Assembly: GCA_009392915.1 (NCBI GenBank)
Contig: CP045477.1
Location: 64,001 to 128,000 of the forward strand
Origin: Candidatus Forterrea multitransposorum CG_2015-17_Forterrea_25_41
GTDB lineage: Archaea; Iainarchaeota; Iainarchaeia; Iainarchaeales; CSSED10-239
Direction: 5' to 3'
DNA: 64,000 nucleotides
Shown here piece by piece: positions 57,972 to 64,000 of this stretch. Position 1 is the stretch's first letter. Each line of letters starts with the position of its first letter. The position numbers and the translations under genes are program-made. The notes below the pieces were generated by a model. It had not been told where the DNA came from, ran no database searches, and was given only the letters and a program-made list of their open reading frames with translations.

Positions 57972-59156
57972 ATGATTGAAGGTATAGATAAAAGAATAAT
58001 TATTGTTGGTGGTGGACCAACAGGACTTTATTGTGCTTATCTTTTAAAAAAATTAAATCCAAATATAATTATTACAGTCATAGAAGAACATAAAACTTGT
58101 GGTTCTCCAATGTGTTGTAGTGGTTTAATTGATGTTTCTGGTTATAATAGATTAAAGCTTAAAAATTTTTTAGTTTTAAAAGACTTTTTAATAAATAAAA
58201 TATATGGATCTCACATCTATGGTCCTTTAGAAGCAAAAATAGATGTTCTTTCAAAAGATGTTAAAGCATATGTTATTGATAGAGAAAAATTTGATAATAG
58301 TATAAAAGAATTAGCCTTAAGTTTTGATGTTGAACTTTTATCTGGAAAAAGAGTTGTTTCTATTGAAAATAATTTTGTAACTTTTAAAGATTTAGAAACT
58401 GATTCTGAAGAACAATTAAGATACGATTATTTAGTTGGAGCAGATGGTCCTAATTCTTTGGTGAGAAAAACTTTTTTCCCTGAAATTAAAAACTCAGAGT
58501 TTGTGCATACTTATCAAGTAACAGTTGAAGGAAATTTTGATAATAGAAATGTTTCTGTTTATTTAGGTGATTTTGCAAAAGGTTTATTTGCATGGATTGT
58601 TCCTGAATCATCAAGTGTTGCAAAAATTGGTTTAGGTGTTTCTTTAGGTAAAAATCCTAAAGATGCTTTTTTAAAATTTAAAGAAAAATATAAATTGACT
58701 TATCAAAGAGAGATTTATGAATGTTCAGGTATATTGCCTATCTCTAAACCATTAAAAAATTTAGTGCATGACAATGTTTTACTTGTTGGAGATGCTGCTT
58801 GTTTTGTAAAGTCTACAACTGGAGGAGGAGTGAATTTTGGACTTCTTTCTTCTGAAATGGCATCAAAAGCAATTAATGAAAGAATTAAAGAGTATAAGTC
58901 TCTTAAAAACTATAATACTTTATTAAAAAAATACCGTAAAGAATTAAATACTCATTATAAGATTAGGAATTATTTATTGTCTAAAAATTTTGTAGAACAA
59001 GATAAATTGCTTTTAAAGATTAAAGATTCAAATATTCATAAAATTTTAGAAGAATATGGCAACATGGATTATCCTAGTGAATTTTTATCAAAGATTTTTA
59101 CAAATAAAAATAGTTTTTTATTAATTCCTGAATTTTTTAAATTTATTATTAAATAG
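57972..59156 (+). CDS. geranylgeranyl reductase family protein (archaeal lipid saturation, FAD-dependent)
   Basis: FAD-binding GxGxxG (IIIVGGGPTGLYCAYLL) and the second FAD motif LLVGDAACFVKSTTGGG. 394 aa. Confidence 0.7.
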   Translation: MIEGIDKRIIIVGGGPTGLYCAYLLKKLNPNIIITVIEEHKTCGSPMCCSGLIDVSGYNRLKLKNFLVLKDFLINKIYGSHIYGPLEAKIDVLSKDVKAYVIDREKFDNSIKELALSFDVELLSGKRVVSIENNFVTFKDLETDSEEQLRYDYLVGADGPNSLVRKTFFPEIKNSEFVHTYQVTVEGNFDNRNVSVYLGDFAKGLFAWIVPESSSVAKIGLGVSLGKNPKDAFLKFKEKYKLTYQREIYECSGILPISKPLKNLVHDNVLLVGDAACFVKSTTGGGVNFGLLSSEMASKAINERIKEYKSLKNYNTLLKKYRKELNTHYKIRNYLLSKNFVEQDKLLLKIKDSNIHKILEEYGNMDYPSEFLSKIFTNKNSFLLIPEFFKFIIK

Positions 59157-59769
59157 ATTTATTTTCTAATTTTTCAATTTCTCTTTCAAAATCTTTCCAA
59201 CTTTCAATTTTTTTAGTATTTTTAGGAAGTGGTCTTTTTTTATTCCATTTATATTGATTATTTTTATCAAATAAAAAAAGTTTTGTTTTTGAATTTTTTG
59301 AAGCTATGTCTTTTATTTCATCTAAATTATCTTCAATTACAACATCTATTTTAAATTTATTTACTAAATCTCCTTTAGTAAATATAGGTTCATTTTTATC
59401 TGTATTTTTATAATCAATAAATAATATTTCTTCAAATTTATTTTTATAATGTTTATCAATCCAAAGAATTGTTTGAAATTTAACTTTACTATTTCTTGCT
59501 GTAATTATATATATTTGATGTTTTAAACTTAATTTCTTAATAACTCTTGTAGAGCCTTTAATAGGTTTCATTGATAAATGTTTTTCTGTATTAAGAAATT
59601 CTTCCCAGTCATTATAAAAACTATTAAAATCAGAATGGAATAAATCATAGCCTGATGGTTTTTTTGAATGCACTTCTTTTTTTTTAAGAGAATATTTTTT
59701 ATTTAAATAGTTAATAATTGTTTTGAAAGTAGGTGCAATGGTATTATCAATATCTATTCCAATTTTCAT
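59149..59769 (-). CDS. HAD-superfamily hydrolase, 5'(3')-deoxyribonucleotidase-like
   Basis: HAD motif I DxDxT at the N-terminus (IGIDIDNTIAP). About 200 aa, similar to NT5C-type nucleotidases. Confidence 0.5.
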   Translation of the reverse strand: MKIGIDIDNTIAPTFKTIINYLNKKYSLKKKEVHSKKPSGYDLFHSDFNSFYNDWEEFLNTEKHLSMKPIKGSTRVIKKLSLKHQIYIITARNSKVKFQTILWIDKHYKNKFEEILFIDYKNTDKNEPIFTKGDLVNKFKIDVVIEDNLDEIKDIASKNSKTKLFLFDKNNQYKWNKKRPLPKNTKKIESWKDFEREIEKLENKSI

Positions 59770-59801
59770 AATTAATCATATTTTATTATATATATTAAAT
59801 A

Positions 59802-59874
59802 TAGCTCGGAGGAGATTCGAACTCCTGTCGTAAGATCCAGGGTCTTACATGCTTGGCCTCTACACTACCGAGCT
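59802..59874 (-). tRNA. tRNA-Gln (anticodon CUG) with unusual C at position 33
   Basis: The reverse complement folds with acceptor AGCTCGG/CCGAGCT and a D-arm GTGTAGAGGCC like archaeal tRNA-Gln. Anticodon stem TAAGA/TCTTA, loop CCCTGGA, T-arm AGGAG-TTCGAAT-CTCCT. Confidence 0.65.
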
Positions 59875-59957
59875 TTTTTTGTTTTTAAATCTTTCTTTAT
59901 ATATAATATATTTATCATATAAAAATCTATTTAAAACAATTGTATTAATATATAATT

Positions 59958-61172
59958 ATGGATATTTTAAAAATTAGAGAAGATTTTAAAGTTTTAAAAG
60001 AAAATAAAATAATATATTTTGATAATGCAGCATCTTCTTTAAAACCAAAACAAGTTTTAGAAGGAATTAGTGAGTATTATTTAGACTTTCCTGTAAACAT
60101 TCATAGAGGTATACACAAATTATCAATGAGAGCATCTATAATCTATCAAGAAACAAGAGAAAAGCTTGCAAAGTTTATAGGATCTAAAGAAAATGAAGTT
60201 GTTTTTACAAACAATAGTACAGATGCAATCAATTTAGTGATGTATTCTCTTTATAATTCTGAATATTTAAAAAAAGATGATGAAATAATTCTTTCAATTC
60301 TAGAACATCATGCAAATTTAGTTCCTTGGCTTTTTTTATCTAAAAAAATAGGTGTTAAACTTAAGTTTGTTGAAATAAAAGATGATTTTACACTTGATAT
60401 GGAAGATTTTAAAAATAAACTTTCTTCTAAAACAAAGTTAGTTGCAATTACACATATTTCAAATACTACAGGAACTATTGTTCCAATTAAAGAAATTATT
60501 TCTTTATCTAAGAAATATGATTGTTTAACATTAATTGATGCTTCTCAATCAGCACCACATTTTAAAATAAACTTTAAAGAACTTGATTGTGATTTTCTTG
60601 TATTTACAGCTCATAAAATGTTAGGTCCTACAGGTTTAGGATTTTTAATTTCAAAAGAAAATAATTTAGAAAAGTTTATGCCATTTAAGTTTGGTGGGGA
60701 CATGATTAAAAATGTTTCAACAACTGATTTTAGTACTAATAGTGTTCCTTTTAAATTTGAAGCAGGAACTCCAAATATATCAGCAGTTTTTGGTTTTTCA
60801 AAAGCTATTGATTATTTATCTGATATTGGACTTGAAAATATTGAAAAACAAGATAAACTTTTATTAGAGTATGGTATTGAAAAATTAAAAGCTATTAAAA
60901 ATTTAGAATTTTTTAATCCTTTAGATAAAAATTTACAAAGTCCTATCTTTTTATTTAGACTTAAAGGTATTGATTGTAATGATCTTTCTGCAATTTTAGA
61001 TGATATGTCAAATATTGCAACTAGAGCGGGAGTTCATTGTGCAGAACCAATTGTTACAAGATTTGATAAAAATGGACTTTCAAGAGCTTCTCTTTATTTT
61101 TATAATACTTTTGAAGAAATTGATAAGTTTGTAGAGTCAATAAAGACAGTTGATGGTAAAATAAATGGATAG
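59958..61172 (+). CDS. cysteine desulfurase / class V aminotransferase (SufS/NifS-like)
   Basis: PLP-lysine motif FTAHKMLGPTGLG and N-terminal FDNAASSLKP. 404 aa. Confidence 0.85.
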   Translation: MDILKIREDFKVLKENKIIYFDNAASSLKPKQVLEGISEYYLDFPVNIHRGIHKLSMRASIIYQETREKLAKFIGSKENEVVFTNNSTDAINLVMYSLYNSEYLKKDDEIILSILEHHANLVPWLFLSKKIGVKLKFVEIKDDFTLDMEDFKNKLSSKTKLVAITHISNTTGTIVPIKEIISLSKKYDCLTLIDASQSAPHFKINFKELDCDFLVFTAHKMLGPTGLGFLISKENNLEKFMPFKFGGDMIKNVSTTDFSTNSVPFKFEAGTPNISAVFGFSKAIDYLSDIGLENIEKQDKLLLEYGIEKLKAIKNLEFFNPLDKNLQSPIFLFRLKGIDCNDLSAILDDMSNIATRAGVHCAEPIVTRFDKNGLSRASLYFYNTFEEIDKFVESIKTVDGKING

Positions 61173-61271
61173 TTTTGTTTTTTGTATAATAATTAATATT
61201 TTAAATACTTTCTATTCATAATATTAATATAAAATGTACATATACAATTCCGATATAAAAGGGGGAAAAAT

Positions 61272-61562
61272 ATGACTAGCGAAAATGGATCTGTTGAAAC
61301 AAATATAATATATATTGGTAAAAAAGTAACAATGTCTTATGTTTTAGCAGTAATAACTCAATTTAACCAAGGTGCAGAAAGTGTTGTTATTAAAGCAAGA
61401 GGTAAAACAATATCAAAAGCAGTTGATGTTTCTGAGATTGTGAAAAATAAATTTGTAAATACTTTAAGAGTTGAAAAAATAAATATTTCTACAGAAGAGA
61501 TAACAACTGAAAACAATACCCCTATGAAAGTTTCTGCAATTGAAATTATACTTGCAAAGTAA
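61272..61562 (+). CDS. alba: chromatin protein Alba
   Basis: NIIYIGKKVTMSYVLAVITQFNQGAESVVIKARGKTISKAVDVSEIVKNKF matches the Alba consensus. Confidence 0.85.
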   Translation: MTSENGSVETNIIYIGKKVTMSYVLAVITQFNQGAESVVIKARGKTISKAVDVSEIVKNKFVNTLRVEKINISTEEITTENNTPMKVSAIEIILAK

Positions 61563-61566
61563 ATTT

Positions 61567-63015
61567 CTAATTAACTATTAGTTTTGGTATTGGTAAGTTT
61601 AATTGAGGAAAATAATTATTTATTTTCTCAATAATTTTTTTTTCTTTTACAATTACTTTTTCTTTGTCTATTAAATATTTATTTTCATTTACATCTATTT
61701 TCTTAATGGTTTCAAGCTTCAAATATTTTATTGATTGAGCAAGTAAAGAATCATAAAACTTAGTATTTTTATGTTCTATAAACTTAGGTATCTCTTCAAT
61801 AAGGTCATTTATAAGTTTGTATTCTGTTAGATATTGTATAAACATAGGATTTTGTTCTAAATTGTTCTTGAAAGAATAATTATAGTTAAAAGAATTACTT
61901 AAATTTATAGAAGTTTCTAAATATTTTAATCTCTTTAAATATTCTTTTATTTTAATAGATAAGAAAGATTCTTTCTTTAAACAATACCATTTGATTTCAT
62001 CTAAGTTATCAATTATTTCAATTTCTTCTTCTGAAACTAAATTTACTGCATCTATTAAAGGAATACTTGCAAAATCTCCTTTGTAAAAAGGTCCTGTTGG
62101 CATTTCTTTTAAACCATTATTTTTTTTGAAATTAATTCTATTTTCTTTATTTATATTCTCTTGATGGAATTGTTCATATGCCCATTTTTGATCTTTTGAA
62201 ATAAAATAGAATCCTTGTTTTTTAAATCTTACTTTAACAATTGAATTTGATAAAACATTTATATCTAAATAGTTTTTTGGTTTACAACAATCACAATTTA
62301 AAGTATCATGCCCTATATTGTAAAAATCTTTTGTTAAAAGATATGGCCAGATATTTGAAAAATCCATTTTAATTCCTTGTCTTATGTTTTTTTCTTTTTC
62401 TAAGTATTCTATACTAATTTTATTGTTTAGCATCATTTTATTTTCAAAATATAAGTTTTCAAAGAAATTATTTAAAATTTCTTGATTATTAATATTTTTA
62501 ATTTTTATTTTTAATATGTTACTTAAAAGTAGTTTTTTAGTTAAGTTTTCAATTAACTTTAATTGCTCTTCTTTTAAGAAAGGATTTATATATTTTTTAA
62601 CAATTGAACTTATATTGTTATTTTCTATTTTTTTAATTCTTGTTTTTGAAACAATTATAAATAAATCATAATAACTCCATTCTTTCTCAATTAAATACTC
62701 TCTTTCAATATCTAAGATTAATATGTTTTTAGAAGTAGATATAGATAATATTTTATAAATCTTATTTAATGTTTCTTTATTTTTTGCAATTACTTTAATT
62801 TTATTTTTTTCAATTTTTTCTATATTTACTTCTCTTTTAAAATCAGATAATAGCTTTTGTACTACTTCTTTTGGAAGGTCAATATAAAAATAAGGGTTAA
62901 ATTTTTCCTTATAAACAAAATCATACTTATTGCTATAAGGATCTTTTGAAAAATAGCTTATAATTCTTTGTTTTTCTTCTTCATACACGCATTCTGTTAA
63001 ATATAGTTGTTCCAT
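61567..63015 (-). CDS. hypothetical protein (482 aa), possibly related to the N-terminal/3'-5' exonuclease region of family-B DNA polymerases
   Basis: KNILILDIEREYLIEKEW resembles Exo I (LKILAFDIETLY in Pfu PolB). MDFSNIWPYLL resembles a degenerate Exo II (DSFDFPYL). There is a Cys cluster CDCCKPKNY and no polymerase motifs. Confidence 0.4.
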   Translation of the reverse strand: MEQLYLTECVYEEEKQRIISYFSKDPYSNKYDFVYKEKFNPYFYIDLPKEVVQKLLSDFKREVNIEKIEKNKIKVIAKNKETLNKIYKILSISTSKNILILDIEREYLIEKEWSYYDLFIIVSKTRIKKIENNNISSIVKKYINPFLKEEQLKLIENLTKKLLLSNILKIKIKNINNQEILNNFFENLYFENKMMLNNKISIEYLEKEKNIRQGIKMDFSNIWPYLLTKDFYNIGHDTLNCDCCKPKNYLDINVLSNSIVKVRFKKQGFYFISKDQKWAYEQFHQENINKENRINFKKNNGLKEMPTGPFYKGDFASIPLIDAVNLVSEEEIEIIDNLDEIKWYCLKKESFLSIKIKEYLKRLKYLETSINLSNSFNYNYSFKNNLEQNPMFIQYLTEYKLINDLIEEIPKFIEHKNTKFYDSLLAQSIKYLKLETIKKIDVNENKYLIDKEKVIVKEKKIIEKINNYFPQLNLPIPKLIVN

Positions 63016-63196
63016 AATCTATTCACTTAATTTTCACAAATATTATAAATAATCTAAAAAGTTGGCAGTTCTTTTTAGGTTATCTTTAAAGGCAATATAT
63101 AATTAGATTGTATAAAATATATCTCTTTTCAAGGGGGGTACTTGGCCGAGAAAGATAATCTTTTAGTTTAAAAATAGTTCTCTCCATTATTTCTAT

Positions 63197-64000
63197 ATGG
63201 CAATTAAAAAAAATATTTTAACTTTAGAGCTCAAATTATTAATATTTTCTCTAATTTCTTTATTTGTCCTTAAAATATTTTATATTAAACAATTAGATAT
63301 AATCTTAATTACAACTTTTTTTGATATTTTAATTTTTACATTTATTTTTTCAATTTTTATTTTATTTAAAAATATTTTTTCAAAAGTTTTATTTCATATT
63401 ATTTATGTTTTAAATTTTATTCTTTTTTCTTTTTTCTACATTTTCTATTATGATGTATCTCAAAGAGGGCTTTTCATTTCTAAAATAAAATTAGATGCAA
63501 TTACTTTTGTTTTAAAAAATATTATTTCTTTTAAATTAATATTAATTGTATTTCTTGCTTTATTTTTTATCTATTTTTTATCTTTTTTTATTTTAAAATA
63601 TAAAAAGTTTTTATTAAATTCATTTACTTTAAAATTAGTTTCTGTGATTTCTCTTTTAATATTTTTATTTCTAGTATTATTATTTAATCTAAATTATAAT
63701 CCTTATGCTGATGTTGTTTTAAATTTTAAAAATAGTTTTAGTTATATTCCTTTAGAAGATAATTCTAAAGATTTATCTATTTTTCCAGTAAACAATACAT
63801 TATATCCTGAAAATGAATTAGATATTAAATATAAAAAAATAATTCTGCTTATTGGTGAAGAATGGATGTTTTCTAGCTTTTTGAAAGATAGTAATTCTTT
63901 AGATAATAGTTTTTTTAAAAAAACTGAAAATAATACTCATTTTTATTCAAATTATTACACCACAAATCAAGATAGTAGAACTGCTATTTACACTTTACTT
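63197..64000 (+). CDS. partial gene (runs off window end): polytopic membrane protein, likely sulfatase/LTA-synthase-like
   Basis: Open frame with no stop from the ATG at 63197 to the window end, and absent from the supplied ORF track. It has about 5 N-terminal TM helices and then a soluble domain beginning ...HFYSNYYTTNQDSRTAIYT, which is sulfatase-family-like. Confidence 0.45.
   Translation, partial: MAIKKNILTLELKLLIFSLISLFVLKIFYIKQLDIILITTFFDILIFTFIFSIFILFKNIFSKVLFHIIYVLNFILFSFFYIFYYDVSQRGLFISKIKLDAITFVLKNIISFKLILIVFLALFFIYFLSFFILKYKKFLLNSFTLKLVSVISLLIFLFLVLLFNLNYNPYADVVLNFKNSFSYIPLEDNSKDLSIFPVNNTLYPENELDIKYKKIILLIGEEWMFSSFLKDSNSLDNSFFKKTENNTHFYSNYYTTNQDSRTAIYTLL

Noticed and set aside
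63100-63180. GC-richer patch (CAAGGGGGGTACTTGGCCGAG) checked as a possible tRNA
   Set aside because: No acceptor/T-arm complementarity or TTCGAAT-type loop could be found. It is more likely promoter or UTR sequence for the downstream membrane protein gene.
1-64000. Searched by eye for CRISPR arrays, integrase/transposase genes or inverted terminal repeats flanking the accessory blocks
   Set aside because: I saw no regularly spaced direct repeats, no recombinase-like ORF, and no target-site duplications. I therefore make no mobile-element or CRISPR call.

Overview
This is an extremely AT-rich archaeal window. Gene content, the small and lysine-rich proteins and a TTG start suggest a reduced DPANN-type genome, but I cannot verify the lineage without a search. 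The central ~25 kb (14.5-33.5 kb) is a contiguous ribosomal superoperon on the + strand (L3-L4-L23-L2-S19-L22-S3-L29-SUI1-Rpp29-S17-L14-L24-S4e-L5-S14-S8-L6-L32e-L19e-L18-S5-L30-L15-SecY-DUF106-L34e-L14e-S13-S4-S11-RpoD-tRNALeu-L18e-L13-S9-RpoN-S2). Other core genes are enolase, L1-L10-L12, a Hef-type DNA repair helicase split from its nuclease by an inserted ORF, L7Ae-S28e-L24e, aIF5B-S6e-aIF2gamma-PIN-Rpo7-Spt4-S24e-S27ae, a geranylgeranyl (archaeal lipid) reductase, a SufS-like cysteine desulfurase and Alba. Accessory regions lie between these blocks. The first block holds a Tyr/Asn-rich secreted protein, a 1047-aa surface protein and a small membrane protein with an archaeosortase-like Cys/Arg pattern. 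The second (33.5-39.5 kb) holds a TrmB-like regulator, a secreted HExxH metalloprotease and a 989-aa adhesin with a type IV pilin-like class III signal peptide. The third (47-54.3 kb) holds a PadR regulator with a CARDB surface protein and an FtsX/ABC ATPase transporter, then a DUF2202 ferritin-like protein, an Rnl2-like ATP-dependent RNA-ligase domain, a class-II Fic AMP-transferase preceded by a three-copy operator-like repeat, and a TraB/GumN protein. A 1192-aa Fn3-rich surface protein follows. Two tRNAs are present, Leu-UAA on + and a Gln-CUG-like tRNA with C33 on -. There are several hairpin plus oligo-T terminators, no CRISPR arrays and no obvious mobile elements. The most interesting candidates are the split Hef with an inserted ORF, the pilin-signal giant adhesin with its protease and regulator, the Fic/RNA-ligase/TraB cluster with its repeats, and the mini archaeosortase-like protein next to a Tyr-rich secreted protein and giant surface protein. 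All functional calls are based on motif recognition by eye. None has been confirmed by a database search.
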